The notes beneath the pieces were generated by a model. The model had not been told where the DNA came from. It saw only the letters and a program-made list of their open reading frames with translations, and made no database searches. Of a DNA stretch of 64,000 bases, positions 38,008 to 48,582 are shown one piece after another (positions within the stretch are counted from its first letter, which is position 1; each line of letters starts with the position of its first letter). Source of the stretch: Chloroflexota bacterium (GTDB lineage: Bacteria > Chloroflexota > Dehalococcoidia > Lucifugimonadales > JADFKI01); contig JAQBUT010000013.1 in NCBI GenBank assembly GCA_027623195.1, forward strand, positions 1 to 64,000, written 5' to 3'. The position numbers and the translations under genes are program-made.

Positions 38008-38403
38008 TCAGGCCTGAAAAACCGTCGCCTCGCCTTTGAGGACCTCGTCGCCGGACTGGTTCTTGATGCTGATGTCTAGCTTGGCGATGCTGCGCCGGTT
38101 ACTGGCCGACGTTACCGTTGCCTCGGCCATGATGGTGTCGCCGATGTATACAGGCTTTGGGAAGCTCCAGTTCTGACTCAAGAAGACGGTGCCAGGGCCT
38201 GGCATGTCCATGGCAACCATCGCGTGCAGAAGTCCCGTGGTTATGCCGCCCTGGCATATCAGCCCATCGAACCTGGTGTTGCTGGTGAACTCCTCGTCGA
38301 AGTGCAGGGGATTGTAGTCGCCAGTGATTTCAGCGTAGGACTGCACCATTTCCTTGGTGACTGTCATTTCCCGTTGAGCTTTCTGTCCGACTTCAAGATC
38401 CAT
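38008..38403 (-). CDS. MaoC family dehydratase
   Basis: ITGDYNPLHFD, MPGPGTVFLSQ..F.KPVYIGDTI. Confidence 0.9.
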   Translation of the reverse strand: MDLEVGQKAQREMTVTKEMVQSYAEITGDYNPLHFDEEFTSNTRFDGLICQGGITTGLLHAMVAMDMPGPGTVFLSQNWSFPKPVYIGDTIMAEATVTSASNRRSIAKLDISIKNQSGDEVLKGEATVFQA

Positions 38404-38534
38404 GATTCTTTTCCTATTCCCGTGTTCCCACCCGTGAGCCCTCAGCAAATCACAGGGCTTGGGTATAGCCCCTAGTCTTTGGCGCATCTAGGTTGATATG
38501 TCTCCAACGATTGCGTTCCCAAGGCAATCCAATC

Positions 38535-39794
38535 TTAACGCCGCATGGAGAGGGATTGAGGAGGCAGGCCGTTTAGAAAACGGACTAACCCTAAAAGCGC
38601 GTGCGTCGAGGCGCGGCTACGCAACCTCAGCCTGCTGGTAGGGTAGTGGCCTGAGGTAGAAGACACGCTGTCGCCAATAGCGAACCCGATGTGCGACGTT
38701 CCAACCGGCCCGCTGGCGTCTGTTGGGTCGGCAACCAGGCCTGTGATCGCCAGGCCCACGTCAGCATCGAACAACTTACGAGCGGCCCTGGCCATGTCCT
38801 CCGCCACGTGAGCGTTGATGGGGCCGTATTCTTCTATTAGCTTCGGGTCGACACCATGCCCTTCTAGCAGATCGTCGCGGTACACCACAGCGCTTCCCTT
38901 TAGGAAGTGGCGACTCCCTTCTACGTCCGCAAGGTTGGAGGCCAGCAGGCCTCCTGTAAAGGACTCCATGATGCCGAGGGTGAATCCTTTCGCCTGGAGC
39001 AGCGATGCGGCCAGACTTTCCGGCGTATCATCGTCCGTGCCCCAGACGACGTCTTCGCCTATTACACGACGAATCTCCGTCTCCATCGGGCGGATTAGCT
39101 CCCAGGCCTCTGCGTCGGTGGGGGCGGTTGCTATGGCCCGCAGATGGATGCCGTCCTGTTTCGAGTAGATGCCCAAATACGGATTCTTGCTCTGAAAAAG
39201 CGGCGAAAGCATCTCGTCCAGACCGCCTTCGGATATGCCAAACGTCTTCAGGTTACGGGTGACGATGGCCACGTCAGGATTTCGCGCCTTGATCTTCGGA
39301 CCTATGGTGCTCGTCCACATGGGAAGAATCTCTCTGGGTGGGCCAGGCATGGCCACGATTACATGGCCGTCCTTTTCCGCCCACCAGCCTGGGGCGGTGC
39401 CGTGATCGTTGGGGACCGTTTGTGCCGACGGTATGAGCGTCGCCTGTTTGATGTTGGTCTCCGGCATGGGGAATCCCCGGTTGACGAAGAGGCCTTTGAG
39501 GTGCTCCAGCAGGTCATCTTGAACAGCCATCTCTTCGCCAAAGGCTGCCGCAATGCTCTCCCTGGTTAGATCGTCAGATGTCGGTCCGAGGCCGCCTGAA
39601 GTGAGGGTGATGTCGGAACGCTTCCAGGCCCGCTCAATAACTTCACGAAGCAGTTTGGGGTCGTCGCCCACCTTGGTCACCCACCGCACTTCAACGCCAA
39701 TTTTTGCCAACTCTGAGGCAAGAAAGGACGAGTTGGTATCCACAAGCTCGCCCATGAGAAGTTCGGTGCCGATAGATATGATTTCAGCGTTCAT
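38535..39794 (-). CDS. cinA: Competence/damage-inducible protein A (MoCF domain plus NMN deamidase domain)
   Basis: IGTELL.G..DTNS, GGLGPTSDDLT, GTAPG, PGPPRE, ESFTGG. Confidence 0.92.
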   Translation of the reverse strand: MNAEIISIGTELLMGELVDTNSSFLASELAKIGVEVRWVTKVGDDPKLLREVIERAWKRSDITLTSGGLGPTSDDLTRESIAAAFGEEMAVQDDLLEHLKGLFVNRGFPMPETNIKQATLIPSAQTVPNDHGTAPGWWAEKDGHVIVAMPGPPREILPMWTSTIGPKIKARNPDVAIVTRNLKTFGISEGGLDEMLSPLFQSKNPYLGIYSKQDGIHLRAIATAPTDAEAWELIRPMETEIRRVIGEDVVWGTDDDTPESLAASLLQAKGFTLGIMESFTGGLLASNLADVEGSRHFLKGSAVVYRDDLLEGHGVDPKLIEEYGPINAHVAEDMARAARKLFDADVGLAITGLVADPTDASGPVGTSHIGFAIGDSVSSTSGHYPTSRLRLRSRASTHALLGLVRFLNGLPPQSLSMRR

Positions 39795-39937
39795 ATTTGA
39801 ACCTTGTCTAACGTATATTAACCCGGATCTTGAATATACCCGGCAAGTATAAGTGGCGGGAGGACTGTCGGGCAGCGAAAAGGCCGGACCGTAAGAGTGC
39901 GGCCTCCGCTAATCCTATATTACATTCAGGCGTAACG

Positions 39938-40957
39938 TTAATCGCCGTATGGTATGTCCTCGCCAAATGCCAGAACGGCGTCTACCCAGTCAGCGTTTAT
40001 TTCCAGCACTGGTTGGAAAGAATAACTGGATTCGTCCTTGGCGTAGTAATAAGCCCCATCGTCGGACTTATTGCCTAGAATCAACAACACGCCGTCCGTA
40101 AACGTCGTGCCCCGGTCTGTCTTCCCAGTGAACCTGATCTCAATTGCGGTGGAGTCTTCGGTGATGCCCCACGGAGAGTAATCCCGGTCATCCACTCTGG
40201 GCTGGGCCACCGAGATATGCTCGGCTCTGCCCACTCTGGGGGAGAATTTATCCCAACGTTCCTCGTCGATAGGGCGCAATACCGGGTCGTTGGCGAAGTC
40301 CTGAACGAACCAGCCACCCTGCCTGAAGTTTTGCGCGAAGGAGATTCTGTGGGTGCCCTCTAGGGCAGGGTCCCCGTAATGGATATTAAGCTCCGCGATT
40401 GTTGATGGGCTTCGCTGCTCATACCATTTGGGTATCGGCGGCTCGTATGCAAGCCGGCTGATGACATCCACCCACGTCGACGTGATTAGAAAAAGGTCTG
40501 GGAATCCTTCAACCTGGCTGTAATTATGGTTTCCGTCGGTGGTTACATCGCCTAATCGAAACTGCAGGGACCGGTTGGAGGTCAGGCCGACTTCTACTAT
40601 GGTGTCTGGTTCGTCAAGCCCATACTCCGCCGGATCATCGATCACAGGCCGGAATGTCGTAAGGTCGCGCTTGGTTCCAGGACCGCTCAGGAGCAGCGGA
40701 ACGCCTCCCCAGCGTATGAAGTTTGGCGGTATATCTGCAGGATCGTCGAATGCCCAGGTGTGCGGGCCTGATTTATGAAAGCGGACGATGCTGCCCCTGT
40801 AGTTGACCATGATAGTCTCGATGTCATCTTCCGAGACCTGGTAAAACCAGGGAGACTTTGTCTGTTGCTCAGGCACCGATTCAAAGGGATTGATCCATGC
40901 AACGACGCCAACAGCTATCGCAATTATTATCAGAACACCGGTAATTTTGAAATTCAT
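39938..40957 (-). CDS. DUF4340-like membrane-anchored protein of the Gld-like ABC operon
   Basis: N-terminal TM, AEYGLDEP motif and a second repeat PWGI; located after the GldG-like gene. Confidence 0.7.
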   Translation of the reverse strand: MNFKITGVLIIIAIAVGVVAWINPFESVPEQQTKSPWFYQVSEDDIETIMVNYRGSIVRFHKSGPHTWAFDDPADIPPNFIRWGGVPLLLSGPGTKRDLTTFRPVIDDPAEYGLDEPDTIVEVGLTSNRSLQFRLGDVTTDGNHNYSQVEGFPDLFLITSTWVDVISRLAYEPPIPKWYEQRSPSTIAELNIHYGDPALEGTHRISFAQNFRQGGWFVQDFANDPVLRPIDEERWDKFSPRVGRAEHISVAQPRVDDRDYSPWGITEDSTAIEIRFTGKTDRGTTFTDGVLLILGNKSDDGAYYYAKDESSYSFQPVLEINADWVDAVLAFGEDIPYGD

Positions 40958-40973
40958 TCCGCCCGTCCGCCTC

Positions 40974-42662
40974 CTATCGTCTTCGCCACCACACGAGCGC
41001 GCCAAGCACTAGCATCACCAGGGGCGGTACCACCCAACTGGACCACTTGATGAAGTTCCTACCCCGACTGGTGACCACTAACTCTCTGTATGGGAACAGC
41101 TTTGGGCCTATTCCGATTAGATCGTAGTCTTCGGCCAGCCAGTTTACGGAGTTAAGAAACAGGTCCCCGTTGTCGCTACTGCTGAAGAAGAACTTGTTTT
41201 TAGCGAAATCCGAATCGCCGAATAGTACCATCTTGGCTTCGGAGTGCCGTTCCGATTCGTCTACAGTGCCGGATGCCTGGATAGCCATGATTATGCTAAA
41301 CGGGCGTCGTACGTCCACATCCCCGTCGAAGTGAATGTTTTCAGGGTTTGGCTCCAACCAACTGGCCCCAGTCGTGACGCCTAATGGCGCCAGTCTTAGG
41401 TAAGGCGGCATCTCCTCGACAGGTATCAGTGGCTCCAAGGATGCTGCGTCGGGGAAGAAGCTGACCCTAATCTGGTCCGTAATAGGAATGCCCTCGGACA
41501 GTGGAGAAGTGCTGGTGAAGTACTGTCCATAGTCCTTTTGAAGCAGAGGCGTTAGCTCTTGACCTGCGACGTTGCTTACTGGATCGGCCACGCTGAAATT
41601 TCCGATGACGACCCCCCATTGCACGAATAGCTCAACGAAGGAACTTGGTGTGTTAGGGTCGAACAGCCCAATAATGCGCCCTCCCTCAGGATTATCGTCG
41701 GAACCTCCGTTCCGAATGTACTGGTTCAGGGCGTCTCGTTCCATCGGGTCGAGATCTTTTTGTGGGCCGGCGATTATTAGCACGGCGGCATTTTCAGGTA
41801 CGCCGCCCGTTTCCAGCAGGCTTAACGGCGATACTCTGTAGTTGTCCCGCTGCAATCCCTGCAGCGCGAAGTCAAAACCGTTATCGGCGTCCCCAAGCTG
41901 GCCCGTTATTGAGTCTCTTGTGGGGCCCGCTTCGCCGTGGCCCGTTAAGTAGTAAATGGTCTTCTGTTCTTCGCCAGTGGCGATGAGAATACTGGTAACG
42001 AAGTCTTGCTCAGTGAAGGACTGTGTTGCCTGTTGAGTGCCATCACTCAGGTCCTCGAAGACTATCACGGGATAGTTTACGACTCCGTACTGCTGCGCCA
42101 CGCTTCGCTCCAGTTCGGGGTCGACGAACTCGAAACTGAAGTTGTTGCTTCGGCGGTCAAATTCGTTCAGCAAATCTTCAACCTGCTGCTTGGTGGAGAT
42201 CGTGCTGGCAGCAGTGGGAATGAAGAAGGCATGGGCCTTGACGCCCCCGTCCAGACCGTTCAGTATCCGTTGCGTGTCATCTGACAACGTGAAAACCCTG
42301 GTAGCCGTAACGTCTACCCTGGTAGGGGTTCGGAACAACAGAAAATTCACGAGCACGATGATAACGAAGAAAGCGACTGTCATCACGATGACGTTGCCGC
42401 CGAACCTGCCCTGCCTTCCGCCCAAGAAAATTGCTATGGCACGTGGCGATAGAACCAGCGCCAGGAAAAGCAGAACCAGTCCTATTATTATGACGCTTAA
42501 AGAGAAGTCACGGGTCTCTTCGATGGTTAGGAAAAGGCCCCCGCCCACGACTAACCCAAGAACACCTACGATTGCCGTGACGAAGCTCCAGAACCCTGTG
42601 GACTTGATAGAGCTTAGAAGGAACTCCCGTACGCTCTCTCCGCCCTGGTCTTGATTTACCAT
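40974..42662 (-). CDS. GldG-like ABC transporter auxiliary protein
   Basis: RVDVT..FTLS..T, FVDP, YYLTGHGE, IIAGPQKD, FGDSDF, NSVNWL, C-terminal TM WWRRR. Confidence 0.85.
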   Translation of the reverse strand: MVNQDQGGESVREFLLSSIKSTGFWSFVTAIVGVLGLVVGGGLFLTIEETRDFSLSVIIIGLVLLFLALVLSPRAIAIFLGGRQGRFGGNVIVMTVAFFVIIVLVNFLLFRTPTRVDVTATRVFTLSDDTQRILNGLDGGVKAHAFFIPTAASTISTKQQVEDLLNEFDRRSNNFSFEFVDPELERSVAQQYGVVNYPVIVFEDLSDGTQQATQSFTEQDFVTSILIATGEEQKTIYYLTGHGEAGPTRDSITGQLGDADNGFDFALQGLQRDNYRVSPLSLLETGGVPENAAVLIIAGPQKDLDPMERDALNQYIRNGGSDDNPEGGRIIGLFDPNTPSSFVELFVQWGVVIGNFSVADPVSNVAGQELTPLLQKDYGQYFTSTSPLSEGIPITDQIRVSFFPDAASLEPLIPVEEMPPYLRLAPLGVTTGASWLEPNPENIHFDGDVDVRRPFSIIMAIQASGTVDESERHSEAKMVLFGDSDFAKNKFFFSSSDNGDLFLNSVNWLAEDYDLIGIGPKLFPYRELVVTSRGRNFIKWSSWVVPPLVMLVLGALVWWRRR

Positions 42663-42663
42663 A

Positions 42664-43377
42664 TTACCGCCACCTACGGGCTTCTAAAGATCGCACCGTG
42701 ATGAACAGGAATACAACCACAATGCTTAAGTAATAGACGACATGGCTAGAGTCCAAGACGCCTCGAGAGAAGTCATCGAAGTGAGCGTCCATGGATAAGC
42801 CTGATATCACGTCTGCTCCCACGCCCTGAAGTAAAACGCCGATCCTGTTTATGTTGGCTAACATGAGCAGGATACCGATTCCTACCACCGCCGCGACAAT
42901 CTGGTTGCCGGAAAGCGAAGAGGCCATGATGCCTATGGCCAAGGCGGCGGCTCCGTAGAGGAAAAGACCGAGGTATGCGCTGACAAGTGGCCCGATGTCA
43001 GGGTCGCCGAACACGAACAACATCAGCACGTAATACAGGGTAAACGATAGCGTTACCCCCAGTGTGACCAGGCTGGCCAGGTACTTGCCGATCACTACCT
43101 CCCAGTCTCTCACTGGTGAGGTGAGCAGCAGCTCCAATGTACCCAGCTTTTGCTCCTCGGCCAGCAGGCGCATCGTGAGCAGCGGCGCCAGGAAAACGAT
43201 GAAGAGTGTTGCCCAGTTTATGTACCCGCGGACGCTGGCCTCAGCGAATGGGCGGGTGATGTCGAATACGAAAAAGACTCCCGTGAGAACCAAAAACATG
43301 GCCCCGACTACGTACGCCGTCGGGGATGAGAAGTATGATCGAGTTTCTTTCCAGGCGATGATGAAAGTGTTGTTCAA
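42664..43377 (-). CDS. GldF-like ABC-2 permease
   Basis: KE.RSYF.SP.AY, PLLTMRLLAEE..GTLELLLTSP, GKYLA. Confidence 0.9.
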   Translation of the reverse strand: MNNTFIIAWKETRSYFSSPTAYVVGAMFLVLTGVFFVFDITRPFAEASVRGYINWATLFIVFLAPLLTMRLLAEEQKLGTLELLLTSPVRDWEVVIGKYLASLVTLGVTLSFTLYYVLMLFVFGDPDIGPLVSAYLGLFLYGAAALAIGIMASSLSGNQIVAAVVGIGILLMLANINRIGVLLQGVGADVISGLSMDAHFDDFSRGVLDSSHVVYYLSIVVVFLFITVRSLEARRWR

Positions 43378-44357
43378 CCCTGCTGCGCCTCCTCTTCAAC
43401 TGCCCCGATAACGCCAGGTATTTGCTCCTCCGTGGTTACCTGAAGGAATATCTCCTCCAGCGTCATACCAACGGACTGCAAGCGTAAAAGCTCCCACCCG
43501 CCCGTTACAACGGCTGAAGCCAACCGCGAACGTAGTTCCAGATCAGGCAATAAGGACACGGCATAAGTGGTGTGTCCGCCGTTCTGGACGTAATGGTGGT
43601 CTACGTCGGTTACGCCTTCGACGGCGCTGATGGCGTCCGCGATTTCCTTGGACGGGCCCTTTACGTCTAGCTCAATCCTATCGACGCCACGCAATCGGGT
43701 GGCCAGCATTTCCGGCGTATCTTCCGCCACAATCTGGCCCTCATTGATAATGATTACGCGCTCGCAGATCATGCTCACTTCTGGCAGTATGTGCGTGCTT
43801 ATGACTAGCGTATGTTCGCCGCCCAGGCTTTTGATTAGCTGCCGGGTTTCGACTACCTGGATAGGGTCTATGCCTATCGTCGGCTCGTCCAGCACCAGAA
43901 CGTCCGGCTCGTGCAATATTGCCTGCGCGATGCCCACCCGCTGCCGAAAGCCCTTGGACAGCTTTCCTATGTGAGTATTCCGGTACACGCCCAGGTTTAC
44001 TATGTCGATGACTTCGTTAATTCGACGGGCAACATAATTCGATGACATTCCGCGTATGCGCCCCATGAACTTAAGGTAGTCCGTTACCTCCATGTCTGTG
44101 TACAGAGGCACCGTCTCCGGAAGGTAACCAATATGCCTTCGTGCCTCCAGCGAGTCGGACACGATGTCGCTACCAGCGATACGCACCGTTCCACTGGACG
44201 GCGGCAGGAATCCCGTCAGCATCTTCATGGTCGTGGACTTTCCGGCGCCGTTGGGACCGAGAAAACCGAGAATCTCTCCCTTGCCAACACTGAAGGAAAT
44301 GTCCGTCACTGCGGGGAAGTCACCGTAGTATTTACTTACGTGTTCAATTTCGATCAT
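43374..44357 (-). CDS. GldA-like ABC transporter ATP-binding protein
   Basis: GPNGAGKST, LSKGFRQRVG, LDEPT, STHIL. Confidence 0.93.
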   Translation of the reverse strand: MIEIEHVSKYYGDFPAVTDISFSVGKGEILGFLGPNGAGKSTTMKMLTGFLPPSSGTVRIAGSDIVSDSLEARRHIGYLPETVPLYTDMEVTDYLKFMGRIRGMSSNYVARRINEVIDIVNLGVYRNTHIGKLSKGFRQRVGIAQAILHEPDVLVLDEPTIGIDPIQVVETRQLIKSLGGEHTLVISTHILPEVSMICERVIIINEGQIVAEDTPEMLATRLRGVDRIELDVKGPSKEIADAISAVEGVTDVDHHYVQNGGHTTYAVSLLPDLELRSRLASAVVTGGWELLRLQSVGMTLEEIFLQVTTEEQIPGVIGAVEEEAQQG

Positions 44358-44606
44358 GGCCTATACATCCAATCGTAGGAATTTTTCCTTCGATTTAGCC
44401 CTTTATACGTCGTTAGCTTGCGTTAAGATATCAAGAAAATTATCAGCCTTGTTCCAATACTTCAACCAATCTCCACGGCTGTGTCAAGGCGTTTGCTTGA
44501 GGATTCTATACCATGTGGGTGGAGGGTATCAACTCTATATTGTGCGAAACCTCATGGGGTGATAATCTTATTTGAATGTTGGTTGGAATACAGGAGGCAG
44601 ACCTTA

Positions 44607-45029
44607 GTGCATCTGGTAGTTGATGGCTACGGAGCGGATCCGGCGAAGCTCAAAGACGAAGACCTTATATATCATTTTCTGGATGACTATCCCACTGCCA
44701 TCGGCATGACCAAGATCGTCCCTCCACAGGTGTACACGTACCATGGTCAGACTCCGGAGGACTGGGGTGTGTCCGGCTTCGTTCTCATAGCGGAAAGCCA
44801 CATCAGTGTCCACACCTTTCCAGACAAGGGCTACATCAACATAGACATATTCTCCTGTAAAGAGTTCGACGCCAACTCCTCGTTGGAAGATGTGAAGAGC
44901 ACCTTCTCCCTGCCCGAAGCCAACGTTTGGACATTGGATCGCGGGCTGGAGTTCACCCAACCTCGCGAGGCTTATAACGGAATGGTCCGCGAAAGGGTAG
45001 GGCTGACCCGCAGCGCTCCTACACCCTAA
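44607..45029 (+). CDS. speD: Pyruvoyl-dependent SpeD-family decarboxylase proenzyme (AdoMetDC or arginine decarboxylase)
   Basis: GTG start MHLVVDGYG after SD AGGAGG; GVSGFVLIAESHISVHTFP..DIFSC. Confidence 0.8.
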   Translation: MHLVVDGYGADPAKLKDEDLIYHFLDDYPTAIGMTKIVPPQVYTYHGQTPEDWGVSGFVLIAESHISVHTFPDKGYINIDIFSCKEFDANSSLEDVKSTFSLPEANVWTLDRGLEFTQPREAYNGMVRERVGLTRSAPTP

Positions 45030-45050
45030 CTGGATTCTGACGGGGGCCAA

Positions 45051-45953
45051 ATGCCTGATAAAACCTATGATTGGCTGGGCGACGTTCCCCTTCAATGGAA
45101 CACCTTCCTCGATACTCCTCCTGAGGAGTCAGACCCCGACGAAGCCTTGGTGTTCGTTATCCCCGTCCCCTATGACAGCACAACATCCTATAAGGGGGGA
45201 GCCAGAGAAGGTCCTCGTGCAATCATCGAAGCCTCCAGGCATCTGGAAGACCTGGATCTCGAATTGGGGCGGGACATCTCTAGCGTCGGAATACATACCA
45301 CCCCGGCATTAGCGCCAGACGTAGGCGGGCCAGAGGCCATGATCGCCAACGTGCGCAAGGCGGTCCGGCATGCAGCAGGCCAAGGAAAGCTAGTGGCTTT
45401 GCTCGGGGGCGAGCATACCATTAGTGTTGGGGCTGTGCAGGCTCTGGCAGAAGTGCATTCTGACCTCTCGGTGCTCTACCTGGATGCCCACGCCGACATG
45501 CGGGATACTTACATGGGAAGCCGATGGGGTCACGCCTCTGTGGCCAGGCGGGTATGCGAGGTTTCGCCACTCGTATTGGTGGGTGTTCGCAGCGCATGCG
45601 CGGAAGAAATTTCCTTCATAGAGAAGGAAGACCTCCCGGTGTTCTTCTGGCCAGGTTCTCTCTCTGATAAGACCGATCTGGCGAATGTTGTCACGGAACT
45701 CCTGTCACCTAACGTATACATCAGCGTGGATCTGGATGTCTTCGATCCCTCCGAGGTGGCTGCGGTGGGAACGCCTGAGCCGGGTGGCATGCATTGGGAA
45801 GAGGTCACAAATCTTCTCAACGCCGTTGGCCTGCGTCGCAACATTGTGGGCTTTGACATCGTAGAGCTAAGCCCTTCACTGGGTCCGGAGGCGGGGGCGT
45901 ATGCCGCAGCCAAGCTGGCGTACAAGCTGATAGGCTATGCGACCGGCAAGTGA
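45051..45953 (+). CDS. speB: Agmatinase
   Basis: PYDSTTSY..GAREGP, GGEHTIS, DAHAD, DLDVFDP, GTPEPGG, DIVEL. Confidence 0.92.
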   Translation: MPDKTYDWLGDVPLQWNTFLDTPPEESDPDEALVFVIPVPYDSTTSYKGGAREGPRAIIEASRHLEDLDLELGRDISSVGIHTTPALAPDVGGPEAMIANVRKAVRHAAGQGKLVALLGGEHTISVGAVQALAEVHSDLSVLYLDAHADMRDTYMGSRWGHASVARRVCEVSPLVLVGVRSACAEEISFIEKEDLPVFFWPGSLSDKTDLANVVTELLSPNVYISVDLDVFDPSEVAAVGTPEPGGMHWEEVTNLLNAVGLRRNIVGFDIVELSPSLGPEAGAYAAAKLAYKLIGYATGK

Positions 45954-46100
45954 TTTATTTGGTATGCGGCGGTGTTCGCCCTTCATAAAAGATGCGATTT
46001 GTAAATGCGAACTGCTCGGTCAAAGCTAAATATTGCCATTTTGGTTGGCTAGCCTATGCCGTGATAAAATAAGGTACTATTTCTCACAGGGAGACTATTT

Positions 46101-47294
46101 ATGACCGCATCCGGTAAGCTAATTTACCTGGACCACTCTGCCACCACTCCGGTACGTGAGGAAGTGCTGGATGCGATGATGCCTTACTTCTCCGCCAGCT
46201 ACGGCAACCCTTCCAGCATTTACACTCTGGCTCAGGACGCGCGCAAGGCCGCCGACGATGCGCGAGAGACTGTGGCACGTATTCTCGGGGCGCGAATGAG
46301 CGAGATAGTGTTCACCAGCGGCGGGACGGAGTCGGATAACGCTGCCCTCAAGGGCGTTGCATTTGCGTTGAAGCACCTGGGCAACCACATCATCACCTCC
46401 AGCATTGAGCACCATGCGGTGTTGCATAGCTGCCATCAGCTAGAGCAGTTTGGCTTTGAAGTTACCTACCTTCCCGTGGATGAGTTCGGCCTCGTTGACC
46501 CTGAAGGTGTGCGGCAGGCCATAACGGATCAGACGGTACTCGTCAGCGTGATGCTGGCCAATAACGAGATCGGGACCATCGAGCCGGTTGCGGAGATTGC
46601 CAGGGTCGTCAAGAAAGAAGCCAAGATCCGCAAGCAGACCATAATGGTGCATACAGACGCGGTGCAGGGAGCGGGGTATCTGGACCTTAATGTGAAGACG
46701 TTGGGCGTAGACCTCATGAGTCTTTCGGCTCACAAGTTCTACGGTCCTAAAGGCGTGGGGGTGCTATACATTAAGCGCGGCACTCCATTCGAGCCGCAGA
46801 GCATGGGTGGGGGGCAGGAACGACAGCGAAGGTCAGGAACGGAAAACGTGCCCGGCATTGTTGGACTGGCTGAGGCCCTCAGGCTGGCGGACGAGGAAAG
46901 GGAAGTGGTTTCGCAGCGTTGCATTCGCCTGCGGGACACCATGATTGAGGCCATAAAGGAAAAGGTAAAAAAGGTCCATTTGAACGGGCATCCAACTCAA
47001 AGGCTTCCAAATAACGTCAATATGTCTTTCGAAAATGTTGAGGGAGAGCCTATACTCTTGGGGCTGGACTTCTCAGGAATATACGCTTCAAGTGGAAGCG
47101 CATGCTCATCAGCATCGCTGGAACCTTCTCACGTGCTGCTAGCAATTGGAAGGCAGGCAGATCTCGCGCAGGGTAGCCTTCGTTTAACCCTGGGCCGTGA
47201 GACGACTGATGAAGACGTTGAGTTCGTCCTGTCAGTGCTTCCCGGCCTGGTGGCGAGATTGAGGGCTATGCCCTCTCTATCAGCAATAGAATAA
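46101..47294 (+). CDS. iscS: Group I cysteine desulfurase (IscS/NifS)
   Basis: [42 protein letters not shown]. Confidence 0.93.
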   Translation: MTASGKLIYLDHSATTPVREEVLDAMMPYFSASYGNPSSIYTLAQDARKAADDARETVARILGARMSEIVFTSGGTESDNAALKGVAFALKHLGNHIITSSIEHHAVLHSCHQLEQFGFEVTYLPVDEFGLVDPEGVRQAITDQTVLVSVMLANNEIGTIEPVAEIARVVKKEAKIRKQTIMVHTDAVQGAGYLDLNVKTLGVDLMSLSAHKFYGPKGVGVLYIKRGTPFEPQSMGGGQERQRRSGTENVPGIVGLAEALRLADEEREVVSQRCIRLRDTMIEAIKEKVKKVHLNGHPTQRLPNNVNMSFENVEGEPILLGLDFSGIYASSGSACSSASLEPSHVLLAIGRQADLAQGSLRLTLGRETTDEDVEFVLSVLPGLVARLRAMPSLSAIE

Positions 47295-47317
47295 ATCGGA
47301 CGGTCAGAGTTAACAGA

Positions 47318-47914
47318 ATGGGAATTTTCCCGACACCTAAAACGGTATCAATACTATCCAGGCAGGCTCCATTTACGACCGCAATTAAACTGACCTTCCT
47401 TTTATCGATGCTGCTGACTGTATTCGCGCTGACTGGCTGCGGGGAGAAATCCGACCTGGTTGTTGTTGTAGGTCGCAGTCTGGAGTTGCACGCCACCCCG
47501 CCTGAGATAGTCGAAAAGGTGGCCTTTCGAGATACTACCGGAGCACACAGGATCATTCGGCCCCGAGCCTCTAATCGCCAGCTTGCCGTGGTAAAGCTAA
47601 CCGTCGTGAACAGGACGGCGCTTGTCACCTCTCTTGTTATAGACGGAGAGGCCGCGAAGCTGGGAGACCGTCGCGGGGAACGCATCGAAGCGATAGACCC
47701 TTTTGCGGACTCCAGTCCAGCCGACGGCGCGACGCCCGAAGAGGATTTGTACGCACCTTTCCTTCGGGGCGAGGTAGAGCTGGATAGGAATTTCCAGGTG
47801 GAAGGTTACATTGTGTTCGACGTCCCTAAGGGACTGATACTTGGCAGCCTTTTTTGGGACGAGGTCGACGCTATAGTAGTTGATTTCGTGGACTACTCCA
47901 GCCGACGGCCCTAG
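47318..47914 (+). CDS. Hypothetical lipoprotein (DUF4352-like); start may be downstream
   Basis: Lipobox ALTGC; V.LTVVN..EGYIVFDVPK. Confidence 0.65.
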   Translation: MGIFPTPKTVSILSRQAPFTTAIKLTFLLSMLLTVFALTGCGEKSDLVVVVGRSLELHATPPEIVEKVAFRDTTGAHRIIRPRASNRQLAVVKLTVVNRTALVTSLVIDGEAAKLGDRRGERIEAIDPFADSSPADGATPEEDLYAPFLRGEVELDRNFQVEGYIVFDVPKGLILGSLFWDEVDAIVVDFVDYSSRRP

Positions 47915-48092
47915 GCGCTGTTGCGCCCCCGCCTGAAGCTTGGAACATTACCCCAGCCGCCGCATATTTCGTGCTATTCGACACGCCACCGTTTGCCCCG
48001 GAATCCCCTTTATATTATGCGCATCTAAACTTATGCACGGAAACAAAATTCCGTAATAACTTATCTGATAGAACAGTGAGGAATTGATTTAG

Positions 48093-48419
48093 ATGGCGCA
48101 TCCTATAAACATTAACGACAACAGTTTTCAGCAAGAAGTCTTGGATTCCGACCAGCCGGTGCTGGTGGATTTCTGGGCAGAGTGGTGCGGACCATGTAAG
48201 TTGATCGCGCCTCTGGTGGATGAACTGGCCCAGGAGTACGACGGCAAGGTAAAGTTTGCCAAGGTAAACGTTGACGACAATCCCAAGACAGCCATGGAGT
48301 ACGGCATCAGGGGCATACCCACGATGCTCATATTCAAGGGCGGACGGCCTGTGAAGCAGGTGGTCGGAGCGGTAGCCAAGTCGGTGCTGCAGGAGAGCCT
48401 GGAAGAGGCCACAGCCTAA
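48093..48419 (+). CDS. trxA: Thioredoxin
   Basis: [18 protein letters not shown]. Confidence 0.97.
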   Translation: MAHPININDNSFQQEVLDSDQPVLVDFWAEWCGPCKLIAPLVDELAQEYDGKVKFAKVNVDDNPKTAMEYGIRGIPTMLIFKGGRPVKQVVGAVAKSVLQESLEEATA

Positions 48420-48582
48420 GGACCAAATCCAGATGGCCGGCAAGTCCTCGCCCAAGCAGGGGAGGCTTGCTTTAATTAACCAAAACATTATAATTTAGTG
48501 GGGCGTTCGTGAGAGCGCCTCGCTTGTTGTCAGTAGCGTGTGCGGTAACAAACGGTCGGCGCGCTGCAAGACATCACAATGC

